Shown here piece by piece: positions 12,778 through 25,265 of a stretch of DNA of 64,000 nt. The notes beneath the pieces are model-generated. The model saw nothing but the letters and a program-made list of their open reading frames with translations. It was not told the DNA's origin and ran no database searches. Within the stretch, counting starts at the first letter, position 1; every line of letters begins with the position of its first letter. The translations under genes were made by a program, and so were the position numbers. The DNA is from Moniliella sp. 'wahieum'. Its lineage: Eukaryota. The stretch spans positions 434,001 through 498,000 of the forward strand of contig RSEE01000005.1 in the NCBI GenBank assembly GCA_003971905.1, given 5' to 3'.

Positions 12778-13694
12778 AGACTGCCCCCATCGGGACGCGC
12801 GGGGAGAGCTGAGGGGATGCACGCGTTCGGCACGTTCGACGTTCGACGTGCCTGGTAAGAACCAACGCGGGGCACGCGTGGGCTCGCAGCGCACGCGGCC
12901 GGGGCGCGCAACTTGCGCAGATACGCATGTCGAGCCGGCTGAGCGAGCCAGGGTAACCGCCCACGAGGCTAGAACGGAGGGGGGCTGACGCGGTGATGCG
13001 CTGACATGCTGACAGACGCATCTTCCCGACAATGGGTGCGAGTGCGGCTGCAACCGGACTACGGCAGGCTGAGACGCGCTCAGTACAGTAATCGTCTGTC
13101 TGGCCTGTACAGGGGGGAAGCAATTTGCCTTGTGCCCTTAGCTCGTTGCACTATGCACGTGACGCTGGGGCAGGCAGGGGCAAGGCCTACGAACTGGGCT
13201 TGGGCTACGAGCGGCGCGGATGGGCGACTGGGACGCGAAAGGGGAGGATTGGGAGGGAGGAGCAGAGCAAAAAAACCGATATGATGGCAAGCACGAAACG
13301 AGACCACAACAAGGGTATGGGCGTAGTGGGAGGAAGAGGGAGGGAAAGCGGGAGAGAGAGGGTAGGGGGAGAGAGAGTATTAGAGCGATACGCTAGGACT
13401 GTGGGCCCGAGAGGGGGTAACGAGAGGGACAGTGGGGATAGTGGGATAGTGGGATAGTGGGAGTGACGAGAGGGGGGGCAATAACGGAACTAGGTGTGTG
13501 GGCGGGAGCAGAGAGAGTGGTAAGAGGGCGAGAGAGGGCAAGACTGAAAGGGCAAAAGAGGGGGGAGGGAGGGGAGGAAGCCAAGTTCCCGGGAAAAGAC
13601 GGGGACCAGCGCAAGCCCCAGCAAGCCACCCCGAGCCGAAAGCCAAGCCCAGGGGAGAGGGCGCTACGATGCGGTAGTAGTACGGTACGGTGCG

Positions 13695-16600
13695 CTACGC
13701 GCCCTGCATCTTGCGCAAGAAGGTCTGTGCGGTCGTCGTCTTAGGTTCGAGCAACAAGGACGTTTGCCAAGCCACTTCCTCGTCCAACACGGGCACGTCG
13801 AGGAGCAAGTGGGTCAGTTCGCGTACCGGTTCGAGCGGCGGGGCCGAGGCGCCAGCACGCTGCGAGCGCGACAGCGTCCCAATCGCATCGTGCAACAAGG
13901 AAAATTTGCGCCAGTGCACCGCGCCGTCCGACGCGCGACGCGAAACGTTGCCGTCAGCCGTGGAGAGCACGTCGTGTAGGTGCACGCCGATAAACGGGAT
14001 GATGCGGCCCGAGGAGTTTTCCAATGCGAGACGGTACGCTGCCCAGGCGCGATCGGGCCGCATGAGCCGCGCGAGCGACAGGTAGCGTTTGTGCAGATCC
14101 TTATTTTCCATCAGCTGGGCGCGCGTGTGCCGCAGGCGGTGGATCGAGGTGGAACTCAAGCCGGCCAAGACGGCTTGGAGGGTATTGTAATTGTTGCTCA
14201 TTCGCAAGCGGACCGCGACGCGGATCAGTTTTCCATCATGCGCACCCGCGACTTGAGCTTGGTCTGCACCACAATCAAGCTCACCACCAACGCCGACACA
14301 TAGTTAAAGTGGTCAATGCTCTGTGCGACCCGGCCATGCGGCACACGCTCCCGTGGCTTGACCAGCGCATGGCGCAACCAATCCCGCGGCCCAATCACAC
14401 GGAACAAGTCCCACTCAATCCGCGTCAGCTCCAACGCAATCGCGCCCTCGTCCGCTCCCAGCAGCGCATTCGATACGTCCCGCATGGTCATCTTGGGCTC
14501 CTTGCCCGCCCCCGCTGTTCCCGTTGCAGAAGGCACGGCGGGCAGGGCGGGCGCAGGCGCAGACGCAGACGCAGACGAAAGGGGAGACGCAGCGACCGCG
14601 GCCGTAGCTGAAGTGGCCGTCGTCGACCCCGACCCGGTACTGCGCCAGCCACCCGAGGTAGAGGAGGACACAGTAGCAGACCGAGGATGGTCGGGGGGCC
14701 GAAGCGTGTCGGACGGTTCGGTCAACTCTTCCTGTTGTTCCGCCTCCCGCTCCCGCTCCCGTTCCCGTTCCCGTTCCCGTTCTCGCTCGGGCAGCGCACC
14801 AGGCTCAGTCTCCGCTTTCCTGTCCGACGACGACGCGTCCCGCGTGCCTGCATCAGAGGGCACGGCGGTATCAGCACTGTCACTGGTCGACGAAGCCGAC
14901 GGCGCGAGGGAGACACTCGTACCACTCCCAATGGCAGTACCAATGCCCGTGGCCCGCAGCGGATGGAGAAGCAGCAGCAGCAACGGGAACCGTAGCAGGA
15001 GCGGTAGCGGCATCCGGAGCCGGAGCTGGCGCGGAGTTCGACGCTGCGCCCTCGGATAGGCGCGTCGCACTCGGACCCGAGGCTTGCGTGTCGTGCGAGC
15101 CAGCACTGTGATCCGCTGGACAGTGTGCACTGAGGCGCTCCGTGGTCGGGCAGATTGGGCGTGCGCAGTGGTGGTTGAGGCAGAGGTGAGGCCCGTCGAC
15201 CCACTGACGGAGGGGTGACGAGCGCGCGCACTGGACCACGCGGCGGGAGGGGGCGAGGTGGTGGGCGTATGTGGCGAAGCGGGCAACGGCGAAGTGAAGG
15301 CGAGGGTGAAGCGGCCGCTCCTGCGCTGGGAACCGAACCAGGTCCTGAACCAGGCCCTGAACCAGGTCCTGCACCGGGGTTCGGGCGAGCATAGACAAGC
15401 CCGAGGGCGACAGCGCTTCCAAGGCGGCCCGAGCGGTTTCTGCGCCGTGCGCCTGGGCAGCAACAATACTTTGACGGTAGGCGTCGTGGCGTGCAGTGCC
15501 CGAGGGCGAAGGGTGGGTGGGGGAGGCATCGATGGACCACATGACATCCAAGTCAATGGATGTGGCGCACAGGGCCAAGTGTGGCTCCAACGCTGGCAAC
15601 AGGGGGGCGGTACAAGGATGTTGGGCCAAGCGCGTGGCAAACGTTTGGAGCGTCGGCTGCATCCCGGGCGCGCTCAGGTCGCCGGGGTACTCACGTACCC
15701 AATCGTGAAACACATGGACGAGACGCACAAGCGCATGCCGGATCAGGACCGGGTCCATATCGCGCACCTCGGCCAGCGCGTCAAACCGTTCCATAAATTG
15801 GTCCAGCACATCTTCCGGGTGGGCAAAGCCTCGGAAAAACACCGTGACAGCCGCCAAGAACTCTGGATCGCTCAACGCCACGACCGAAAAGAAGAAACGG
15901 TCAAACAGGTCGGCTATAGGCACATAGACGGGCTCCTTGGCGCGCCCCTTCTTAAACACAGCCAGAGGGAAGTGGCCACCGGCCGTGACCGCCGGGCTGG
16001 AAAGCGAGGAGAGCACACCCAGTACGGAGCATCATCGTGCGGTTCATGCTCGGCAATCGAAACTGAGCCCCGTGTCGCGCTTGGAACGAAGAAAGAGCGT
16101 CTGCACCGCTTCGGCCGACGGCGCATCGGGCGACTCGGCGCCATCCACTCCTCCTCCCCTCTTCCCTCGGACGCAGTGTCGATCCGTCGGGCAACAACGA
16201 GCTGGCACCGGACCGAGCACGATGACGACTGGTGGCCCATGGCTTGGCCTCCTCGTCGCTCCCGTTGCTCAGCTCCTCCTCCTCCGACTCGTCCCGCTCC
16301 ATGACCGACATGGACGCCAAAAAGTCCGAGATGCTCAACGCTTCCGGCCCCGGGCCCAAGGAGATCCCGTCCCGCACCTCCTCCTGACTCGGCGACGGCG
16401 AGTAAAGCGAGCCGACTCCCAACGGATGCGTGGATGGCGTGGACAGAGGAGGACGGTGACGCTGGGATGTGTAGCCAAGCGCCTCGTCGGCACGAGACAC
16501 ACGCGCCTTGCCCATCTCGCGCAACAAGTGCTGGAAACAATCTCGTACCCGTTTCTTGCCTTCCTCCGACTCGCCACTGCCTTCGGCCAGGCTGACCCCA

Positions 16601-18873
16601 AACTTGCTCGCTAGTTCCGACACGAGGAACGGATCGATCGCCTTGAAGGGGGATTCCGACTTGCATGCCAAGACGGTAGCAATATGGTACTTGCGGAAGA
16701 ATTCTGTCATTCGAAAAAAGGGCAAGGCCCCAAAAAGAGACAGAAAACAGAAGTGTAGATGGGTGTTAGTGTATGTGGGGTGGCGACGCAGGACGGAAAG
16801 CGGTACAAGAGAGAAACCCTCTGAACGAACATGGAGGAACACGTACCTAGCAACTCGGGTACCCCCTTGAGGGAGGGCAAGTGACTAGCGTCGTAACAAA
16901 TCACCGCACCTTCAATCCGGCCCAGATCGTCGGGCCAGTGCAACTCGCGCCCCGTCGGACCAACAAAGACGGACGCATCCATCTCCAGCACCCGCACCTG
17001 CTCCACCTCTTGGTCCAACATGCAACGCATCGCATACGCCGACACCTTGTCCTTTACCAGTGTCGATTTCGACAGACCAAATTCTCGCAGCCCCTTGCGG
17101 ATCACAGTCGACTTGCCCACGCCCCGTTGGCCGACGACTATCAAGCCGGCATGCAGCACACCATCGTCACCGGCGCTTGTGCCGGTGCTGGGGCTTGTGC
17201 TTGCGCCCAAGCTGCCTGCCAAGCCGGGCGTGGCCTCGGGCGGATCGGGAGCGACCCAGGTGGGACCGTCGGGCGCGTCGCCCGGTACGGGGTAGGGTGG
17301 GGGGACAACGTTTCGCTCGAAGCAGGAGCGACCGAGGAAGGACCGACCACCAACGCACTAGCGCGCGCAGCTTTGATCCGACGGGCAAAGTTGGAGCCCT
17401 GGCCGGCGGCCGGAGCGAGCGCAGATAGAGCTGGGCTGGGCAGGGAGCTGACCGACGTGGTAGACAACGGTTCCTCCGTCTCCTCCCGTCCCACGTCTTG
17501 CCCTCGGTCGGTCTCCGCCTCGGGCGAGGGTACATTCATAATCCCAGCCATGGTACTTGGAGGGCCAAGGAGTGTGGTCGTGTCCGAGCCAACGCTACCG
17601 CCGATCGAGGCGCCCGGGGTGTGGCCCAAGCTAGCCTCCCGGCTGCGGAGGGGAAGGCCACCTCGGCGTTCGGGTTCGGTGGTAGGGGAGGTGACAAACG
17701 GGTCCGAGGCGGGAGAGTAGAGGAAATCATGCACATTGCCCCCCAGCGGTTTGAGTGCTGGCACGGCCGGCTGCGAGACCACCGGAGCCGGAGCGGGCAG
17801 GGCAGACGGGTCGGACGAAGCACGGCGAACGCGGTCGCGGTATTGGGCGGCAGACTCGGAGCGGATGGGGTCCGGGTACAAGGGAAGCGTGCGGGATGCC
17901 TGCTGTAGGCGCCACCTCGAGGCTGCCGCGCGGGGTGTGTCTTCATCGGCGCTGTCCTCCTCTTGCGCGGGGGGCTGTGTTGCATCGTTGTGCCTGGTCA
18001 CTCCCACTCCGACTGCGGCCGCGGCCGAAGCCGCGTCGTCCTCGTCGGTGGGCTGCTCGGGTTTGGTCTTGTCTTGACCATTTTGGGGGCCACGGGTAGC
18101 GGCCTGACCGTCCGCGTCCTGGCCCTGTTCCCGGTCCTGGTCTTCTTCTTCCGCATCGTGAATGGGAGGGGGGCGCGCACTGGACGGAGGATGAGTGGGG
18201 GCGCTATCTGGGGCGGGGAAGGGAGATGGGAGCGGACGGAGGAGCGGTGGGCGCGTGAGGCGGCGTCGGCCGGGTGGCGGAGCCTCGAGTGCGACGATTG
18301 CGGCTGCGGGGGAGGGGGGTGGCTGTGCGGCGGCGGGGGCGGAGTTGGAGACGGAGGCCGAGGCCGAGACACGGGGCGGGAGGGAGCGCCAGCGCGAGGT
18401 CAAGCCCGGGCGGGCAGAGGCGTCGGGGAGCTCGGGGAGGGGAGGGCGGGGGCGGGCGGGGAGGCAGCGCGGTTGAAGATGGCGTCGGCTGCATCGCCGG
18501 CGGGCAGGGGGGGCATGGTGGGGCGGAGGGGCGGTTCTTCTTGGTCAGGGCGGAGGTGCCGCGGCGGATCCAGTCAAAGTCGCGCCAGGAGGCCGTGGAG
18601 CGGCGAACGGAGGGGGAGGGGGCGACGGGGGCGGGTGGGAGCGGGGGCGGGGCGGAGGTGGGAGCGGGGCCGGAAGCAGAGGCGGAGGCAGAGACAGAGG
18701 CGGGGGCGGGTATGGGCATGGAGAGGGGCATGGCATGGACATGGCGGGGGCGGAGGAGGCGGAGGCTGAGGCAGAGCAGAGGCAGAGGCAGAGGCAGGCT
18801 CGGCAGAAGAGAGATCGCGGTCAGGGCTGAAGAGGAGCTGGCCGCCGCTGCGGAGAGCGTGCTTGAGGGACAT
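13695..18873 (-). CDS. RasGEF (REM + CDC25 domain) with an N-terminal atypical small-GTPase-like P-loop domain
   Basis: CDC25: IALELTRIEWDLF, HFNYVSALVVSLI, NNYNTLQAVLAGLSSTSIHRLRHT, IIPFIGVHLHDV, VHWRKF. REM: FLAAVTVFFRGFAHPEDVLDQFMERF...VFHDWVREYPGDL. P-loop: IVVGQRGVGKSTVI...GAVICYDAS...VLACKSE. Intron 16846-16704. The N-terminus is low-complexity and the start is uncertain. Confidence 0.85.
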
Positions 18874-19561
18874 GCGTCCAGAGCACGCTCGCTTCCAGGT
18901 GGCGGACGAACAACACAAGCAGCGTGCGCTTCCCGCTCCTGCCGCCCTGGCCTCCTGCCGCCCTGGCCTCGGCCTCCCCACGGATGCCGATCGGAATCAG
19001 CGCATGCATCCATCATGCATCCGCCTCCCTGCATCCATCCTTGCGTCCACGCAGCGCTGAGATCCCAACCCTACCACCGCCCCCCACATACGCGCCTATG
19101 TACTCGCTGCGCGCCGCCGCTCGCTCCGTCCCCTGTCCTGCCCACCCCTCTGGCCTGGCCCTTTGTCGTCGCTGCTGCCGCGCCCCGTCAGCATCAGCAA
19201 ACGCCGCGTCAGCACGTCAGCCCGCATCATATTCAGTACGCCACCACGTCAGCACTCCCCGCCGCCACACCGCCCCCACGCCAGCCCACAGCCCACACAG
19301 CCACCCCGCTGCCTCATCCGCAAGTCAGCGTCCCAGCCATCCTCCCTCCCGCATCCCGCCCCACGCATCCCGCCCACGCATCCCGCCCCACGCATCCCAG
19401 CCCCATCAAACGTTCAACCACTCCGTCCCCGACCAGCCCCACCCGCTCAGCGTAAGCAGCCACCCTCAGGCCTCGCATCACAGTGACCACCTTGAGTCGT
19501 TTTTTACGCGTTTGCTACTGGCTACCTGCGGGCTACGCGGCGCATACAGGGACCACACCAA

Positions 19562-19599
19562 GTGTGACATGTGACATGTGACACGTGACACGTGACACG
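19562..19599. repeat. Tandem heptamer (GTGACAY)x5 generating CACGTG/CATGTG E-boxes
   Basis: gtgtgacatgtgacatgtgacacgtgacacgtgacacgt. Confidence 0.8.
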
Positions 19600-22500
19600 T
19601 TATGACGAGCAAGAGAAATCTTTAATCATTAATCACCCCATCCCCAATCCCTTCGCCCCGCCCCCAACACCGCGTGGCGACAGTGTGGCGACAGAGCAGA
19701 GCAGCGCAGAAGAGCGCTCGGGTGGGCCACCGCCTCCTACCGCGCCCCCGTGCCTCCGCCCCAGCACAGCCTTGCTACGCTCACCCATCGGCGAACGGCC
19801 GTGACGACGCGTGACGCGTGATCTGGGATGCAACAGAGTGATGCATGATGATACGTTGATCTAGCAGATGCTGATAAGAGGCGGTGATATCACTGGTCAA
19901 CGTTGGACGCTAGCAGCGCCAGGGGGGTGCACGGCGGCACGTGACGGTGCCAATTGAACCTTGACGCTGGATATGCATGGCCTGCCTGCACGGCGCCAGC
20001 CACGCCCGGCTGCGACTCGATCTGCTCTTGCCCGCTTCTTGCCCACTTGCCCCGCTTTGTTGATCCGCGTTGCGTACTGCGTGCCCCTCCCGCCCCACCA
20101 TCCACCATGCAACGATGCGCCGTCCCCCACCCGCCCATTGTGTCGCCTCCCGCGTTGGCCATCCACAGCAGAGCCCCCAACCCATGTTGTCGGCCTCCGT
20201 GGATCTACCAACCCACCCTAACACGGCCGGTCCACGTTGAAATTCACGTGTGAACAACATGTGATCGTATATGTGAACCCTCTCTCCTCCGCTTTTCCTC
20301 CTCTCCATCTCCCCCTTCTCCTGCTCTCGACGTTGCTGTTCATACGTTAAGGGACGCTCTGTATAATTCCCGCCACAGGTCCCACCGCCCCCTCCTGTGA
20401 CGTGGCGACCGCCCCACTCCGAACCTGTAATGTGCGCAGCCCTCGACCAAAACGTAGCGTTCAACTTGAACATTCAACGTTGTCAACTACGTTCATCAAC
20501 ACGTTCAACACCAACAGTCCCTGTGGCCTCAGGGCGTTCCCAATAAGGCTGCTCAAGCGCTCAAACGTACTCAACCTCAACGCCGTTGCCTCAGGCCCCC
20601 AGGCCTCGGCCTCCACGTTCAACGTGTTCACCCTGGCACACAATTATGTAGTAATCAGTCTGAGTACTCAACCTCCTCAGGCAGGGCTCAATCATGAGGT
20701 GCATGAGGCCGCGGCCTGAATGTTCAAGCACCGGTCGCCATGGTACTCACGGTTTACATGTTACACCTTCATTGTACGTCACGCGTTACCGCATCACCCG
20801 TCATGTGCGCTGCTCCAGTCGATCGAGCGTCAATGATGCAGGACGCATGACGCTGAACAGCTTGAGCGCAGCGTACTTTAAGCTCGTCGGCCAAGAACAG
20901 AGCCTGAGCACCTGAGCAGGTCTGGGCCTGCGCTGAGCCTCAGCGCTGAGCCCGGCGGAAGTTAGATATGCAACAGTGCGGTTCCGAAGAGGGTTATGAG
21001 GCCTGGTCACAGGTCACGCGTCACGCGTCACCGATGACATCTTCTCACCTCCCCTACCCGATCCCGGTGGGTCGGGCAGGTCATATTCGGCTCGATACAC
21101 GATCCGCCCTCCGTCTCTGCCTCGCCCAGCAGCTGTTCTCCACTCGCGATGCCGCCCTCGCGTGCCGCACGTTCCATTCGGTATGTCCTCTTTGATATCC
21201 CTCGAAGCTTGATTTGACACTCGTGCTCATATCTTCTACTTCCAGAACCATCATCCTTCTTCCCTGAGGCGCCTGATAATCGATCGCCGCACCTGTTTGC
21301 TCTGCCCGCGCTCACCACCCAGCTTCCCGTCCTCCGATCCACCGCTCTAACGCCCCTTCAGGCCTCACTAGTCACAGGACCCGCCCCCCACCCCCCGTAC
21401 GTCCCATTCATACAGCCAAATGTGTTGCGGCGTCCTGAGTATGCCGTCCGACAGCCGCCGTCTCACCGCGTTCGTTACCACTAATATGACTTTTATGGAA
21501 CAGCCTTGACTATAATAGTTGGCCAAAAACCATCCCCAAACAGCTTGCCCTGGGGCCCTCCCTCTGCCCGTGTTCCCACGCCTCTGATCTGTGCTTCTCC
21601 TTGCATCTATTATCTTTCCCTTTCAGAGCGATTGTGTATAATCCTCCCCTACAGTACCGCTCAAGCCGATTCTGAGCTTGAGGCTTGCCATATTACCTCC
21701 GTAATACCCACCTATACAGGACCGGCACATGGCCTCCGCGGCAAGTGGAGAGGTCGATGAGTCACGCTCGATGGTTGCTCCAACGCACTCCATATGCAGC
21801 TATTGGGTACATTGGTGTAATGTATGCACTCTCCGCTATACTCCCCCGTCTAAGTCTGCTTGGCAGTCAAATTCCTTCTTCCAAGCGACCAACTTTCTCA
21901 TGCCCCGTCCGCCCTATCTCTCCACCGTTACGACTGTCAAGTACGAAATGCTCTCCAGTGTAGCCTCCCGACAACCTGGTCCTCGGGAACATGCCATAGC
22001 CATGCTTTCCCGCTGTGCGGATTATGAACTGGTCCTCTGTAACGCTGAGTACGGGAGTACGGTGGACCGTACGGTGGCAGTGGGGCGATGGGACGGTGGA
22101 CTATGTGGGCTGTAGTGGGTATACAGTGACGATGGCGGAGAAAGGTGGACGTAGTCCTTCGCCGTTTCTATGAGGCCAGGCTAGGGCCAAGCCCATGGTG
22201 CATACGATGCAGACCGACGAGAACCAAACCAGCATCACATCGACGGTAAGTTGACCGGGCCGCAGACCTAGTGCCCTACTCCTGTGTATGATAGAGAGCT
22301 CATATGCTCATATGCGACCATCGCCGGTCGCGGAGGATATCCGCAGCATGGATAAGTTGCCTGCTGACTCTCTCCTCACGAGTCTAACAGAGGACTAACG
22401 TGAGTTTGGACGAGACATCTACCACATGCGGGGATCTGTTCCGGAAATCGACAATCACGGACCGCCCCTACAGTAACACGGCGCAGCCCCCGCCCCATAG

Positions 22501-22644
22501 AAAAGGGCACGGCAGCATCCGCCACCTGGAAGGTTCCCACTCTCTTATCAGCAGCCTCTGCCAACGCAAACGAAGAGTACATCGGCACGAACAGTACACC
22601 ACAGCACCGGGGGACGCATTATTCTCTTCCTTCCGTCTCCATAT

Positions 22645-23628
22645 ATGGGCGCTATAATATCTGTAAACGCACACGCGAGAGTGCATCAGCAGGTGTACTG
22701 GTGTAACATGTATGAGCTCATAGAAGAGAGCCAAGTATCAGAAGCCAGTGTGGTTCCTCCTGCATCCAACCGTGCGCAGCCTTTGTTGCAAGCACACAAC
22801 CACCTCTTCCACCACCTCCGCCTCCCGCTATACCAGAAAATTACCGTCTCATGATGTATGACCCCTAGCGGCCTGTCTGTCACGCCCAACTCTAGCGACT
22901 TCGTTCACCAGTGTCGACCATGGAATCTGCACAATCACTCTCATGCTGGGGCGCCTTGCTCGTCACTCAGCCAGACGTGCTCTTAGGAAGCCATATCAGC
23001 CTTGCTGAGAGGCACAGAGGTAAAACAAAAACAAGAATTGTGCTTGCTGAGGGTGCAACAGGCGTCCGCTATCCTGTCAAACCCAACCGACAAAGACGAG
23101 ATCTCCAAAGTTCGATTGAAGTTGAAGGTAGTACATCACATTGACTCCCTTGTGATGCACGTCGTCAAATGCCCCTTTAGGACCTTCTTCAGGCTTGAGC
23201 CCAACGGACACTGGTGCTCTCGATGGAAATCGCAAGTGCCTCACCTCTCCCGCATGAGAGTTCGAAAATTGGTAGGTTCCTCAACCTCCTCAAACCCATA
23301 TATTTGACCGTCACAACCCCTACCAGCCACTCATATCCTGATGGCAGGTTCAACTATCTGCTTGTATACTGGCTTTGATAACCCGAATGGGGGTGGGGAC
23401 CAGCCCACGTACTCCCCCCACTGCTCCAACTGCCGCGACCACTCCTTCTTCACGACTGGCCTCAACTTGGTCCACGGGTTTGACATCACCCGGCTGCGCA
23501 CCCTCAGCGACGCGCTGCCTTTAAAGCAAGCCTGCTGACGGATCAGGAAGCTTACGGTGTCAGGATGGCAGAGTGTCTCGCTTGGACCGACTTCTTTTCG
23601 CCAAGCTTGGAGCGCGGACGACTTGTAA
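22645..23628 (+). pseudogene. Possible decayed protein-coding sequence of unknown family
   Basis: ORFs 22645-22854, 23002-23307 and 23341-23538 share one frame, which runs ~330 codons with four internal stops (22852, 22984, 23305, 23536). GC is visibly lower than in the flanking genes. Confidence 0.35.
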
Positions 23629-25265
23629 ATGTAAGTGTGGGCTCCGGTTTGCATTTGGCTGGGGTCGGTGTTGTGTCTTTGTTTCGTCCTTGTTTGGTCG
23701 GCTTGGATCAATTGAGATTGGTTTCCTCCAGCATGCCATCGGAACACATAGGGGGTATCTATAGCAAGCAAAAGATACACCAAGCCAGGGCAGATAGTAT
23801 GATCCTCGTTGTCTTCATAGCCATTTCTGGCTCGGAGAAGTCCGTCGGTCGGTGGTTTTGCTCTCATTCCACGGAGCGTATAACAGTAGTGGGCCTCAGC
23901 GGGGTGCAGGAGATGTGGATGGGAGATACAACGATGAAGCGTGGGGATGCCACGGTCACAAGGCTGTGCTGGCCGACGGCGATATTAGGATACAGATTGG
24001 TTGTGGATGTGCTCCCTGAGGCCAAAATGAGTATGACATGGACATGCATGAGGGTAACTTATGGACAGAGGTGCTGTATAGTATAGAAATGTACCTTGCC
24101 TGTTATTTGCGTTGGGAACAGGTATCCGTACTAACAAACCTCCAGGATTCCGAGAAGATGCGTCCTGAAAATTGAATACACATGATCGCAGGCCACTCCG
24201 TCAGCCACCATCAGGCTGATCATCTGCTCTTGCAAGCACTTGAACGTTCTTTGCCACTTGCACCTCGTTTATATCCCCGTCCCCTGCCCGTCCCTACGTC
24301 ATACCCCCAAAGCACCACATGCCAGCATCAGTCCATCACACCGACTGCGTGACCATCAAATGTTCCCTCTATCCCCGCCTTCGCCGATCCCATCCCTCTG
24401 GTCCCGCTCTTGTCCACCCTGTCCCCCCTCGATAATGTCTCGACATGGAACGGTGTAGTATCACCAAGCCCCCACCACGACACACCCTCCTGTCACTAAC
24501 GTAACGACCGCCCCCCACTCTACACCTGTTCTCCACTACTATTATACGTGCGTCACTCTTCTCCCCCGGAACGGCATTTTGGATTCCTGATACCGTGCAG
24601 CCGACGGTCAGATCTGGCAGTATCAGTACTCACAATATGCTCAGTGCATTCAATGATCAAACGTGCTCGACTTCCTAAACACATAAAACGTACTCCACAT
24701 ACTCAAAGGTCAAGCACCGCCGTCGCGGCCGCCACACACGGTACACGTTCGTCCCACTGGGTGTGCACTGCTCGACAGACAATATTCAATGATGCGAAAG
24801 TTTTTTGGGGAGTTGAGCTTCTTAGGTGGAGCACCGAGAGCCACTGAGCCCAGCCAAAAGTGACGAAGGTGCGGGCATGCTGGTTATGAGGCCTATAGTT
24901 ACCGTTGGCTTCTCTACCAGTGGGGTCCGGTAGGTCACAGTGACACGTGCGTGATGCATGATGCGCGCACACGTGACGTGTGCTCGTTTGAATAGTGAGC
25001 AGATCTTCTGCCCGTTGAGGTTGAAGTTTCTGGGCGAACAGTATATGCTGTTACGTCAGCACCCTGCATCCGGGGGCTGCTTATCTAAGGAAGAACGGGC
25101 AAAGCTCTTCTCCAATACTTATCTTTCTCGGCGCCCAGGCTGCCACTTTAAAAAAGCTGAGGCACCTTGCCACTCATCTCCCCGGACCTCATTTGGTCAC
25201 TGGTCGGCGACACGCACGTACCTCCGAATCTGTGTCCGCCACCACCATCTCTCGGTCTGTTTGCC

